IMG/VR virus record: IMGVR_UViG_3300020389_000255
Location: 5,659-69,658 of that record
DNA from: a virus
Direction: 5' to 3' (one strand)
Length of the DNA stretch: 64,000 bases
Shown here: one piece after another, positions 12,021 through 23,036 of the stretch
How positions within the stretch are numbered: position 1 is the stretch's first letter
Layout of the letters: every line of letters begins with the position of its first letter
Made by a program: the position numbers and the translations under genes
The notes under the pieces: generated by a model
Told to the model about the DNA's origin: nothing
Seen by the model: the letters and a program-made list of their open reading frames with translations, nothing else
The model's database searches: none

Positions 12021-13517
12021 CTAAAATTCTAAAACTAATCTAATTTTTTGTGTACTTCCTGATTGTCGTATAATAGGAGGAATATTTGCTTTATACAAGA
12101 TGCTCCCCGTATATCTTTTAATTGTAGGTAATGTAACAGCAGAATATTCTGCAACAGCAGTTTCAGTTCCATTAGTCATGTGTAAATCATAATCAGTCGC
12201 TGTTGTACTAAACGCAGAAGTTCCATAACCAATATCAAATGTTACATGAATATCAGGACCAGATCCTCCTTCTACTTCAACCAATCTTCCTTTTGCTATT
12301 TTACCATCACTGGCATCTCTTTGTGTTACTGTAATATCTGTAGAACTTGAACTTGGAGCAACATAACTATTCAACTCTGTTATTGACGTTATATCTCCAG
12401 TTATACTCGTTAAAGTAAATTTATATGTAGGAATTCCAGAAGCACCAGTAAATTTTGTCCCCAAAGCTTCTCCATTTGTCACAGTATAATCATCAAAATT
12501 TGCAGTATATGCATAAGGCGCATAAAGTAATCCAACTTGTCTAAATTGATTCTCAGACATAAATCCAGTTTCACTCTCTGCTAAATCTACTGTTACCATA
12601 AGTCTGGTTGCATTTAATTCATCCAATACATCATAAGAATGTCCTCGAATTGGAGAAATAATAGGTTTCAAAATATTAATCCAAGGAACACTAAGACCCG
12701 AATGTGTAGTCGCCGATGCTACTTTAATCTCATCAATATTAAAATATCCAGAACCTTTATCAACAATCTCAATATAATAATTTCCTGCAGGAATCTTTTT
12801 AATAATTCCTTCAAATCCAGTTCCATCTCCAACCAACTCAACCTTTTTATTTATAAATCCAGACCAAGTTGTAGTAGATGAAAAATTATATGATCCCTTT
12901 ACAGTAAGATGATAAACTTCTCCTGAAACCGCCTTCTCTCTGTTATCTTCGACCATATCTGAAAGAGAAACTGGTAACCATCCTCCTATCGTATCTGTTG
13001 TGGCCGTTGCAAAATTAGCTTCATCAGTAGTTGAAAAAGTAGTCATATGCTTCCAAATATATCCATCATCACTACTAGCTAAATTTTTTGATAAATAATG
13101 TCTTATTGACGTTGGAGTTCCTGCTGTAATATTATTAACTAAAGGTGTTCCAGCTGAATTAGCAGCTATTCCATTATTAGATATACATTTCCAAATATTA
13201 TGATTTCCACTATCATTAGAATAAACATAATATTGTAAACCATCTAAATCAGTATCGTGAGAATATTCTTGATACGTAGTTCCTGCAGTATAATCATATC
13301 TAGGAACAACAAAACTTTTATTAGTTACCTTTTTGCAAAAAACCATATTATTCCATATGGAAATATCATCACTATCAGCATTTGTTGGTGCTGGAGGAGA
13401 TGCCTCATCCGTCCATGGTACTATCCCGCCAACATATAAATATACATCTCCATTATTAATCAATTCTAAATATTTTTTTGCTAATTCTAATTTATGATTA
13501 TTTGTTAATAATGCCAT
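12021..13517 (-). CDS. gp8: Baseplate wedge subunit, T4 gp8-like
   Basis: 'YLYVGGIVPW', 'VVPRYDY', 'IWKCISNNG', 'DGYIWKHM', 'FRQVGLL', C-terminal 'KIRLVLEF'; gene order gp6-gp7-gp8. Confidence 0.85.
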   Translation of the reverse strand: MALLTNNHKLELAKKYLELINNGDVYLYVGGIVPWTDEASPPAPTNADSDDISIWNNMVFCKKVTNKSFVVPRYDYTAGTTYQEYSHDTDLDGLQYYVYSNDSGNHNIWKCISNNGIAANSAGTPLVNNITAGTPTSIRHYLSKNLASSDDGYIWKHMTTFSTTDEANFATATTDTIGGWLPVSLSDMVEDNREKAVSGEVYHLTVKGSYNFSSTTTWSGFINKKVELVGDGTGFEGIIKKIPAGNYYIEIVDKGSGYFNIDEIKVASATTHSGLSVPWINILKPIISPIRGHSYDVLDELNATRLMVTVDLAESETGFMSENQFRQVGLLYAPYAYTANFDDYTVTNGEALGTKFTGASGIPTYKFTLTSITGDITSITELNSYVAPSSSSTDITVTQRDASDGKIAKGRLVEVEGGSGPDIHVTFDIGYGTSAFSTTATDYDLHMTNGTETAVAEYSAVTLPTIKRYTGSILYKANIPPIIRQSGSTQKIRLVLEF

Positions 13518-13526
13518 ATTTTTTTC

Positions 13527-16500
13527 CTATGTCGTTTCTTGTTTAACATCAGCGGCAATTGTATCCTCAACCACTAAGATTGATTTAGTATGACTATCTG
13601 GTTTACCTGCATATACGTATTTAGGGGTACTTCTAAAACCAACAGGATGTATAGTTTTTTCTAACATATCTTTATAAATTTCTGGAGAAATAGAAGATTC
13701 TAATACATATGAAAAATCGTTATAGACATCTGGATCTCGTAATATTTGTGTTCCATCAGTGAATCCTATATTATCAATTGCACGTGGTTTACTCGTAAAA
13801 ATAGGACTAGTAAGTAATGTTCCAGTTGCAGTTGCAGTTGGATAACCAGTTCCATCATTTCCACCAGGTGCTGATTTTGCTCCAAAAGCAATATCATTTC
13901 CAGTATATCCTAACCCAATATTTTTAACTTCAGTCTTAATAATTGACCCTATTTTACTACTATATGAATATAACTTACACATTTTATCAATTTGATCATT
14001 TGCTGTATTATAAGCATATGCCAGTGGAAAATCACTATATCCATCTCCCTCATCTAACAATTCTATTCCAGTAATCTTATTATTAGCATAACTTTCAATA
14101 ATTGCTTGAGGAACTCTCGGCCCTACTGTTTTAATTTCAGACCCATAACAAGTTGCTACTGGTTTAGCAAATTTCTCATCAGTTGCCCCAGTATAACCTA
14201 GATCACTTTCAATCCATCCTTGATCAGTATTTAAATTTCCATTAGTTCCATTATAAATCATTCCTGCAAGCCAGCCCCCAAGATTATTATGTGCATATGA
14301 TAAATGATATTGTTTACCAATATAATTTTTTCCAACAGATATGTTTTCTGATTTAATCTCTCCTGTCAACCACAATCTCCATTTATTAGTAGAAATATTT
14401 TCAAATTTGACAATATGATATAAAGTTCCCGTACTACCTTCTCTTAAAATAGAAAGTCTATCATAATTGGAAAAAACATCTCCACTCGGCCAATGTGTAC
14501 TGAGAGAAGCTCCATAATTTGTTCCTGAATTCCAGGTTGAATTTATTTCAAATTCTGTTGTTATATCAGCATAAGAAGTTAAACTTCCAGTTTTAGTTGG
14601 AGCAAACCCATATATATCAATATAACGAATAGAAAATCCTATTTTATGAGTAGCACCTATTGAACTTCCCTGATTACTAGCATTACTATCAAGTATAATT
14701 GACTCTACAGGACCAGTAGAAACAGCCGACACAGCTACACTTCCTCCAACACCAGATGCATCCAATTCTGCCGCTTCTTCTCCTACTCGATAACCAATTC
14801 CCCCATTGGTGATAGTTGCACCACTTATAACAGGTTCAACTTTTGCACGTAAAACATTTTCAGAATTACTTATTTTAATATCATTACCATCTTTATCCTG
14901 TGCAGTAATTGTTTCAATTGTACTAAATGCTTCTCCAAAAGGACCTTTTTCTATATCATTACGCAATGACAATTCAGCAGATTCAACTAAAATAATATTA
15001 TCAGTATCAGTTATTTTAATAACTGCATTAGTTGATGATCCATTAAGTCCAATATCTCTCTTATCTTCAATAGTAGGTACCAAATAAACTTCTTCTTTGT
15101 TATCCCCACTGCTTCCAGTATCATCTTCTTTATATCCCACTCCTGGATTATTAATAGCAACACTCGTAACTACACCAGAACTATTAACTACATAATCTAA
15201 AGTCAATCCACTAGCAGTGGTTGAAACTTCACCTGTACTTTCCTTAAAGTAAGTAAGTCCTGCAATACCAGTTGCCTGGATTTTATTAACACGCAACTTT
15301 CTTGAATTACCACCAACTGTTTCTGCTGGTAACGTTGAACTACTACGTATAGTCAATTCATCTCCAACTTTATAATCTTTTCCTATTGCGTTCAAAGTAA
15401 AAGAACTAATTCCACCAGATGAAGTTGTTGTATAATCTACAGTAGCATCTGTTCCAATACCACCATATAAATCTTTAGTAGCGGTAACTGAAGCTAATCC
15501 TGAAACTGCAATACGAGTTCCATTTTGTGGATGTGCAACTTGATAATTTCCAATAGATTTTACTTTAAATCCTATACTATCATCTCCTTCATGGGCAATT
15601 CCATCAAGAGGATCTGTTACAGGAGTTACATTATCATCTACTGCAAATCCAGTTGCTAAATCAGCATTAGAAATATTAGAAACTACAACTGTCTTTTTTG
15701 TATGATCTTGTGAAACAACTTTACCAGTTACTGTCCCAAGATTAATTATACTATCTTGTTCAACCATTTCTATCTTTTTTATTTTCCAATCAGGAATTCC
15801 ACCAAAATCTTCACTAGTAAAACGTTGAAAAAGAGGATCTGTACTCCAGTAACCCACGCCACTAACACTATTAATATCAGATAATATAAGTTTTTTAGGT
15901 CCCCATCCTCTAACAGTTCCAGTTGCAAATTTGTTACCACCTAAATGTTGGGTAACTATTTTATCTATTATATCATCATTTAATGGAGTATCATCAACTG
16001 TATCCTGCAACGTTAATATTAATTCTCCATCACCAGCAACATCATCTAAAGTAACCTCAACTCCTCCCAAAGTATAATTAGAATTATGTAATATATTAAC
16101 TTCCTCGTGAACTTGATAATCTGTTCCAGAAGTACTTGGTGTAAGAGTATCGATATCTATTTCATATACATTTTTATTTCTAGCAACATCATAATCTACG
16201 ACTAATCCACTTCCATTTCCATAAGAAGTTATAACAGCTGTTCCATCTGTAGAATATCCACTTCCAACTCCTCTAGCAGCTAAAACTAAATCAAACAGAT
16301 CTACTACTCCATCTTTATTAATATCACCCACTAAATTTGTTCCAGTTTGAGTAAAAGTAGTAGCAATACTAGTTAATGTTGCCAATCCAGTCACTCCACC
16401 AAAACTATTCACAGAAGTAACAGTAACTATTCCATTATTTCCAGAAACACCAGTAAGAACTGCACCAGATGAAAGACCACCTACCTTATAAGCATCTGCA

Positions 16501-19500
16501 ACATTACTTAAAATATATATTTTATCACCGACCAAATAACCAATTCCAGGATCGGAAGCTGTAGCAGAAACTATTCCACCATCTCCCCTTGTTGTATAAT
16601 CTACAATCAATCCACTACCAGTACCATATGTCGTAGCAGAACCAGTTATAGACCCAGCTGTTGTTATACTTTTAACAACAGAAGTTCCATTAAGACCAGT
16701 TACTTCTTTTAACTGGTAATAAATCTTATTTAAAGTCCAATCAGTCCAATCTAAAGTATCAAGTTCAGTTCCAGCTGCATCCTTTTTATAAAATTTAATA
16801 TTACTACCAACACTAAAACTTCCATCTAAAACTTCAATATTAACCTTAGTATATCCAGAAGCGACTGCCATATTGCTTAATACAGCTGTAAGTGTAGCGG
16901 CACCAGTATTACTCCCACCCGTTACCGTTGGAGCAGAATCATATCCACTTCCAAAATTAGTAATTGTTATAGTATCAATAACTCCTCCATCCACAGTATA
17001 GGTTCCCGTTGCAGGCGTAGTTGGAGACCCACCAGTAAATGTTAAACTTCCTGCATCATATCCTGTACCACCAGCTGCAATAGTAACTGAACGTACAATG
17101 GCAGAACTTGTTGAACTTCCTATAACAAAACGTATATAATCATTTGTTTCTGTTCCTCTTATAATAACTGGATCTCCTTCCTCAAACCAAGAATCTCCAA
17201 CAGAATATAAATTTCCAATTGTTATACTACTTGCAGTATTCAGATCAGTAGTACTTTTTACAATTCCACTAACATACTTATAAATCCCAGTAACAGTACT
17301 AGCAGTTCTAGTTCCTCCAACAGTAGTCGTAACTGTTGCACTAGAACCAGCACCTGTCTCAGTAGTTGTACTTTCACCAGTCGTAGCAGAATATCCAGTA
17401 CCACCTGTAGCACCACCAATCAAATCAAAAGTAACTACAGGACCAGTAGAACCTCCACCACTTATAGTAGCAACCGTTAAAATTGCATTAGTTCCCGCAC
17501 CATTATCATCAACACTAACAGTATCATCAACTGCATATCCACTCCCGCCACTTACAACAGTAGCAGTTAAAATTGTATCTGCTTTCAAATTATTTCCGTC
17601 AATTAATGGTGTTGTAGACGTTGTGCTAAAACTACCATTAACGTCAATCACATACAATTTATTATTTGCTGTATCCCATTTACTAATAATTCCACTTGCC
17701 CTACTCGACGAATCTTCTTGAACAACTTCAGCACCTACTGTAAATTCAGTACTATTACCTTCAGTAACATCTAAAATTGTATACGGTTCAACTTCTACAC
17801 TATCCCCAACATCAAAACCAACACCGGTCAAAGAATGAGCATCATTTGATCCATCTGCTGTAATATCAATTTCAGTACCAGCAATTGCATTAGAACTAGA
17901 AGTAGCTAATTGTAAAATATCATCATCTACTTTTATTACATAATAAGAAACACTTGAAGTCAAACCAGTAATTGCAGAAGCACCACTTCTATACACAACT
18001 AAATTCCCAGTTAAAAATCCATGTGCAGTTATTGTAATCTGATCAGTAGACGGATCAACTGCGGTTGCACCATAAAATAATTTTGTTCCGTTAGCAGTAG
18101 AAATAGTTCCTTGTCCAACAATCGCACTAATACTAGCCACAGTAAGTGTTACCGTTGCATTAGTATAACCAGAAGGATCTTGCAATACAATAGTATCACC
18201 AACAGAAAATCCTACACCAGCAGTAACAGGCGTTGCATTGACAGTTACAACAGATGAACTATCAGTTGTAATAGAAAAAGTTGCTCCAGTTCCATAAAGA
18301 CTAGTAGAATATATAGAAACAGTAGTAGCACTTTGACTTGAATACCAAGTACCAGATGTTGCACCTTGTGTGAAAGTGAGAACTCCAGTATAAATTGGAG
18401 TTGAATCATATTCTTCAACTGTATCAATACGAGTAAAAGGTGTAACAACACCAGGAGTATTTTCTAATAATTCAATCCACATAATTTTTGAAGAAGAATC
18501 CCACGATAAAACCTTTCCACGTTTTGTTTGAATTATTTGAGCTGATTGACCTGGATGTTCTACAATACCACCTATAGTAAACCCAGAAGTGTCAACAGTA
18601 TCTAATACCAATCTTTGTGTTCTTTTATATAAATTAGCATTAGTATCATCATAACCAAGAGTTAGAGCTCTTTCATCTCCATAAAATGCAACTTTACCAT
18701 CCGCAGTTTTACTAGTTACAACATCACTAACATTAGTAGTGCCTTGATAAGCATATATTTCATAACCACTTTCAGCATCATAAGTAATGGGAATATTCCA
18801 AAAATCCTTTTCGGGAGGTATTACTAATTCAGCAGGAACAACTTTTTCACTAGGAGAAAATTCTGGAGGTTTTCCAGAATTCCAATATGCAGTAGCTGTA
18901 TCAGTTGGATCTGAAGTAACAACATGATAGATTGATTTACTACCTACAGTAGTAATAGTTTCTATTTTTCCCATTCCTGATTGAATATTCCAACCAGCAA
19001 ATGAATGTTCTGTCGTTTCATCAAAATTCGCCATAGGTAAAAGTACATCACCTTTTGCCCATCCTGATTGGTTGTTTTCAAATAATTCAATTTTTAAAAT
19101 TCGTTCATAACCACTTCCAACAAAAACAGATTTTAATGTAGAAACTACTCCATTAGAATACCGATTATCATATGATTTTAATAATGAAAGTCCATCTTCT
19201 GCTGGATCCAATGAACCAGGGATTTTATAACCAGTTCCCCCACTACCTAAAAGTACAGTTATAACAGGAGCAGTATCTAAGATTTTAATATTAGATTCAT
19301 GGTCACTATTTAAAACATATGCCCTAGCACCAGTTTGACGTCCAACTACATACGTACCAGCAAATTCAGAAAAATTAGCAAGTTTAGATGGTTCAATACT
19401 AGAATCAATTTCTTGAATACGCATCCTAGTTTCAATGTGATATTTATTAGAAGATAATTTAAATATCTCTTTAGCAGGTTCTACAAATTTTGCAGTAACA

Positions 19501-19964
19501 TTATACGCAAATCTAAATAGTATGTCATAACTTAATGCAGTTCCTTTTGATCTATTAAGTAAATTTGCAATCTTTAAAAGTCTATCTCTATCTCCAAGTA
19601 AATCCCCAGTATATCCATATAAAAATTCATTATATAAATTATACTTCAAATCATCCTTTATCAAATCAACATCTCTATATCCAGTAAGACGCATTAATTC
19701 TCCATGCAATCCTGGAACAGATTCATTCACAAATTCTCCAATCATACTAGACTGAGAAATTCCAATACTATTATTTGATTTATCAGCAAGTGTTGCCAAT
19801 ACATTTTGTTCTAAAAATTCATAATATACTTCTAAAAATCTTGTAAAAAGAGTTCTATCAGTTTTTCCCGATAAAGGTTTTTCAAAATCTAGATGTATTG
19901 TCGCTGGTAATTGAGAATAAATGAATTGTGATATAGTACGTGAAATTTTATCTTGATAATTCAT
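13527..19964 (-). CDS. gp7: Baseplate wedge initiator, gp7-like, expanded with GxGY repeats (2145 aa)
   Basis: 'FTRFLEVYYEFLE', 'SKGTALSYDILFR', C-terminal 'YNDFSYVLESS…IHPVGF'; lies between gp6 and gp8. Confidence 0.75.
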   Translation of the reverse strand: MNYQDKISRTISQFIYSQLPATIHLDFEKPLSGKTDRTLFTRFLEVYYEFLEQNVLATLADKSNNSIGISQSSMIGEFVNESVPGLHGELMRLTGYRDVDLIKDDLKYNLYNEFLYGYTGDLLGDRDRLLKIANLLNRSKGTALSYDILFRFAYNVTAKFVEPAKEIFKLSSNKYHIETRMRIQEIDSSIEPSKLANFSEFAGTYVVGRQTGARAYVLNSDHESNIKILDTAPVITVLLGSGGTGYKIPGSLDPAEDGLSLLKSYDNRYSNGVVSTLKSVFVGSGYERILKIELFENNQSGWAKGDVLLPMANFDETTEHSFAGWNIQSGMGKIETITTVGSKSIYHVVTSDPTDTATAYWNSGKPPEFSPSEKVVPAELVIPPEKDFWNIPITYDAESGYEIYAYQGTTNVSDVVTSKTADGKVAFYGDERALTLGYDDTNANLYKRTQRLVLDTVDTSGFTIGGIVEHPGQSAQIIQTKRGKVLSWDSSSKIMWIELLENTPGVVTPFTRIDTVEEYDSTPIYTGVLTFTQGATSGTWYSSQSATTVSIYSTSLYGTGATFSITTDSSSVVTVNATPVTAGVGFSVGDTIVLQDPSGYTNATVTLTVASISAIVGQGTISTANGTKLFYGATAVDPSTDQITITAHGFLTGNLVVYRSGASAITGLTSSVSYYVIKVDDDILQLATSSSNAIAGTEIDITADGSNDAHSLTGVGFDVGDSVEVEPYTILDVTEGNSTEFTVGAEVVQEDSSSRASGIISKWDTANNKLYVIDVNGSFSTTSTTPLIDGNNLKADTILTATVVSGGSGYAVDDTVSVDDNGAGTNAILTVATISGGGSTGPVVTFDLIGGATGGTGYSATTGESTTTETGAGSSATVTTTVGGTRTASTVTGIYKYVSGIVKSTTDLNTASSITIGNLYSVGDSWFEEGDPVIIRGTETNDYIRFVIGSSTSSAIVRSVTIAAGGTGYDAGSLTFTGGSPTTPATGTYTVDGGVIDTITITNFGSGYDSAPTVTGGSNTGAATLTAVLSNMAVASGYTKVNIEVLDGSFSVGSNIKFYKKDAAGTELDTLDWTDWTLNKIYYQLKEVTGLNGTSVVKSITTAGSITGSATTYGTGSGLIVDYTTRGDGGIVSATASDPGIGYLVGDKIYILSNVADAYKVGGLSSGAVLTGVSGNNGIVTVTSVNSFGGVTGLATLTSIATTFTQTGTNLVGDINKDGVVDLFDLVLAARGVGSGYSTDGTAVITSYGNGSGLVVDYDVARNKNVYEIDIDTLTPSTSGTDYQVHEEVNILHNSNYTLGGVEVTLDDVAGDGELILTLQDTVDDTPLNDDIIDKIVTQHLGGNKFATGTVRGWGPKKLILSDINSVSGVGYWSTDPLFQRFTSEDFGGIPDWKIKKIEMVEQDSIINLGTVTGKVVSQDHTKKTVVVSNISNADLATGFAVDDNVTPVTDPLDGIAHEGDDSIGFKVKSIGNYQVAHPQNGTRIAVSGLASVTATKDLYGGIGTDATVDYTTTSSGGISSFTLNAIGKDYKVGDELTIRSSSTLPAETVGGNSRKLRVNKIQATGIAGLTYFKESTGEVSTTASGLTLDYVVNSSGVVTSVAINNPGVGYKEDDTGSSGDNKEEVYLVPTIEDKRDIGLNGSSTNAVIKITDTDNIILVESAELSLRNDIEKGPFGEAFSTIETITAQDKDGNDIKISNSENVLRAKVEPVISGATITNGGIGYRVGEEAAELDASGVGGSVAVSAVSTGPVESIILDSNASNQGSSIGATHKIGFSIRYIDIYGFAPTKTGSLTSYADITTEFEINSTWNSGTNYGASLSTHWPSGDVFSNYDRLSILREGSTGTLYHIVKFENISTNKWRLWLTGEIKSENISVGKNYIGKQYHLSYAHNNLGGWLAGMIYNGTNGNLNTDQGWIESDLGYTGATDEKFAKPVATCYGSEIKTVGPRVPQAIIESYANNKITGIELLDEGDGYSDFPLAYAYNTANDQIDKMCKLYSYSSKIGSIIKTEVKNIGLGYTGNDIAFGAKSAPGGNDGTGYPTATATGTLLTSPIFTSKPRAIDNIGFTDGTQILRDPDVYNDFSYVLESSISPEIYKDMLEKTIHPVGFRSTPKYVYAGKPDSHTKSILVVEDTIAADVKQETT

Positions 19965-19965
19965 A

Positions 19966-22044
19966 TTATTTGTCGAAATCCGTAATTAATGTTGCAGTAG
20001 TATACTCGTCCCTGATTTCTAAAATTTCTAAGTTTTCTGGAATAATATCTTGTGGGTTAATTTGTCCTATAAAATCAATTGTATTTTTTCCAGAAACAAT
20101 ATTGACAACCGGAAATGGTTTCCATGAATGTATATATCCTGTTTCATAATCAATCTTAGCAACAATAGGATTAAAACTACTTGCTTTTGCATACTCACTA
20201 TTAGGCTCTCCTGATCTGCTAAAATTGTTCATAGTAATATCTACACCATCTTCTGCATTGACTATTTTTATAATTCCAGTTTTACAATTTAAATCTGGAA
20301 CATCAGTTAATTTAACTGTCAACAAATTCCAAAAAGTACTTGATGCACCAGTAGATCCAACAACATGTCCTAAAAGATTGAATGTAGAACTAGAAAACCC
20401 ATTATTAACAATTGCAATTGTTCCACGTTTAGTTCCCTTTGAATCAACAACAGTATCCTTTATATAAAGATCATTGAAAGTAACTGTTGGGATTGCCCAA
20501 GGACCAGATTTTACTGAATATAGATATTTTGGAAGGTCATCCGCATTGTTAACATTTTCTGCAGCCGAAGTACTGGCATCTAAAGTAGGTGCATATTCTA
20601 AAACCTTAGAAGAAGGTTTTATTACTGAAACTTTAACAGTATTACTCATAATAGAGTTATCAGCATCATCAACATCACCTACTAATTGTGAATATCTAAA
20701 AACACCATCAAATATTCCAAGACGATTTTTATTATAATTCTTTATTGATTCCAAAACTTTATATTGTATCGTTCCTGATTTTTCAGCAGTTAAAGTAGGA
20801 TTATATTTAATCTCTGCATTTACCTTCAAACTTATCGTTCTATAATCTTTTATTTCAATACCAATTCCAATAACTTTATACTTATCTAAAAGGTTTCTCA
20901 CAACTTCTTGCTCTGGATCCGATAATTGTTCTCCGATTAAAGGTTTGATAGAAATAAAAACTTTTCCATAATCTTTCGTATTGTTTGATTCTCCACCCCA
21001 AACACGGAGACTACTAATGTTAGTATAATTTGCAGTTAATATTGCTTTATAATCATCAATAGTAACTGCTCTATTTTGATGTTGGAAAGATCTAGGTGCT
21101 AAATATTTAATCGAATCAATAGTTTCTATATTTCCACCACCACTACTCGCAGATGCCGTTGTAGTAGTTACTGTAAGATTTGTTGGATTTCCAGATGAAT
21201 CTTCTCCCCAAGCTTGTGATGATGATGAAAGTTCTAATCCTGTTAAACCATTTGCATCTGCTCCATCAGCTGTTAAATATTCAACTGTTATAACATTCCC
21301 CGCAGATAATTTTTTCCCATAAACTCCGTCACCAAAACTTATTTCATATGTTTGATCTTCTGCTTCAGCAAGGAAATAATATTCTGAGGAAGAAGTTAAT
21401 GCAAGCAATCCATCATATTTCGTATATACATTAGAACTGGTCACACCAGAAGATGCTCTTATTTTAACTGCAATAGTTGATGAATCAATATCAGGATTAT
21501 CAAGTATAAATCGTTGATTCTTATTACCAGTAAAAACAAATTCCTTTATTAATTTAGAACCCTGAGTTACCGATAAATTACTCACGGAAAAGGTTCTATC
21601 TCCATTACTCACAGAACTATCCCAAACAACAATTTTATCTTCTAAAGTATAAAAAGTATAAGATTTTCCTGAACTAGTAACATTAAATTGTGTATATACA
21701 GGTATTTTAACAAAATCTGTATCAACTCCAGTTTCCTCAACCATACTTAAATTTAATAATGCAGTAGCACCTGTTTTAGACCTAGGAGTATATCCCAATT
21801 GTTTTGCTAAAGAAACAACAGAATCACGTTGAGTGGCACTATCTAAATACATTTCATTGGCAACCATATTTAAATAATATGCCATATAATGTGTATTATA
21901 AGCTAAAACATCTAGCAATATAGACAATCCAGACCCACTAAAATCATAATCTGTAAATTCTGTTTGATCAGCAAAAAAATTCTTTAAGTTTGTCTTAATT
22001 GTATCAAAATCTAATTCTGTAACTCGTAATTTATCTGTAGCCAT
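19966..22044 (-). CDS. gp6: Baseplate wedge subunit, T4 gp6-like
   Basis: 'ELDFDTIKTNLK…FTDYDFSGSGLSILLDVLAYNTHY…LDSATQRDSVVSLAKQLGYTPRS', 'QNRAVTIDDY'. Confidence 0.95.
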   Translation of the reverse strand: MATDKLRVTELDFDTIKTNLKNFFADQTEFTDYDFSGSGLSILLDVLAYNTHYMAYYLNMVANEMYLDSATQRDSVVSLAKQLGYTPRSKTGATALLNLSMVEETGVDTDFVKIPVYTQFNVTSSGKSYTFYTLEDKIVVWDSSVSNGDRTFSVSNLSVTQGSKLIKEFVFTGNKNQRFILDNPDIDSSTIAVKIRASSGVTSSNVYTKYDGLLALTSSSEYYFLAEAEDQTYEISFGDGVYGKKLSAGNVITVEYLTADGADANGLTGLELSSSSQAWGEDSSGNPTNLTVTTTTASASSGGGNIETIDSIKYLAPRSFQHQNRAVTIDDYKAILTANYTNISSLRVWGGESNNTKDYGKVFISIKPLIGEQLSDPEQEVVRNLLDKYKVIGIGIEIKDYRTISLKVNAEIKYNPTLTAEKSGTIQYKVLESIKNYNKNRLGIFDGVFRYSQLVGDVDDADNSIMSNTVKVSVIKPSSKVLEYAPTLDASTSAAENVNNADDLPKYLYSVKSGPWAIPTVTFNDLYIKDTVVDSKGTKRGTIAIVNNGFSSSTFNLLGHVVGSTGASSTFWNLLTVKLTDVPDLNCKTGIIKIVNAEDGVDITMNNFSRSGEPNSEYAKASSFNPIVAKIDYETGYIHSWKPFPVVNIVSGKNTIDFIGQINPQDIIPENLEILEIRDEYTTATLITDFDK

Positions 22045-22045
22045 T

Positions 22046-22465
22046 TTACCTTAACCGTTCTAAAAATAGATTTAATTGGACAGAGCCCGATGGTTGATTT
22101 ACAATAGAAAATTCCACAGATACATCATATGCAGCTTCATCTGGATCAGCACTTACATCTACACTTACCAAACTAACCCTGGGTTCAAAATTATTTATAA
22201 CATCTTCTATAGCTAATTGCAATTCATATGCAGTCGTCGGTGTAACTAAATCAAATAACAAATCCCTGACACCAGATGCAAGCTCAGGATGAAATAATCT
22301 TTCAGCAGGTCCAGTGAGCAACAAAACTTTTAATGCTTGTTTTATTGCATTCTCACCTTTTTTCTTTGCTATATCAGTAGACCTTGCCTTAGTAAAATTA
22401 AGATCAATATCAACATATTCTCGATCTTGAAATAATAAAGAACGTTCTAATGGTTGTTGGTTCAT
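22046..22465 (-). CDS. gp25: Baseplate wedge subunit gp25 (sheath initiator)
   Basis: 'YVDIDLNF', 'ERLFHPELAS', 'INNFEPRV', C-terminal 'LERLR'. Confidence 0.9.
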   Translation of the reverse strand: MNQQPLERSLLFQDREYVDIDLNFTKARSTDIAKKKGENAIKQALKVLLLTGPAERLFHPELASGVRDLLFDLVTPTTAYELQLAIEDVINNFEPRVSLVSVDVSADPDEAAYDVSVEFSIVNQPSGSVQLNLFLERLR

Positions 22466-23034
22466 CTATTAATTGCCTCTAATAAGTTTGCTTTTTCTAA
22501 GTCATCCAACTCTATTTTTATGGATGTAGATTCAAGTTCCATTTTAATTTTCTCTAGAATAGGTATCTCATCTAAATTTATATCTGGATCAGAACCACCA
22601 ACTTGTACAGTTTCATTTCCAGTCCTAATAGCTGCTCCGCAAATAGTAAAATCTCCCTTTCTACCTGCTCCCCGACTATTTACAAAAACAGTATCACTAG
22701 CAGTTTTTAACCAAGGAAATTCAGCACCTTCTAATCGTACAGTTCTTCCCTCTGGTTGAGAATCACCAAACGGAACATGTTCTTCTCTAAAATCATATTG
22801 TCTATGTACACCATAACCAACAATCTCATCACCAACATTATTTGTTACACCCAAGTTTTCCGTTCCGATTAAAACATCACCACTACCAGCATAAGGTCCT
22901 TTTGCCTTCTCCGAAGGTTTACCACTTTGATTGCTCTGTTGTGTTGATTGATCTTCACTCCATGCAACTGCTTGGCCATATTGTGAATGTCCACTATCTT
23001 TATCTATACTTACTCTTGTAATTGGTCTAGTCAT
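22462..23034 (-). CDS. PAAR-like spike tip (gp5.4-like) with insertion and C-terminal extension
   Basis: 'TRVSIDKDSGH…ASDTVFVNSRGAGRKGDFTICGAAIRTGNETVQVGG'; between gp5 and gp25. Confidence 0.65.
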   Translation of the reverse strand: MTRPITRVSIDKDSGHSQYGQAVAWSEDQSTQQSNQSGKPSEKAKGPYAGSGDVLIGTENLGVTNNVGDEIVGYGVHRQYDFREEHVPFGDSQPEGRTVRLEGAEFPWLKTASDTVFVNSRGAGRKGDFTICGAAIRTGNETVQVGGSDPDINLDEIPILEKIKMELESTSIKIELDDLEKANLLEAINR

Positions 23035-23036
23035 AT

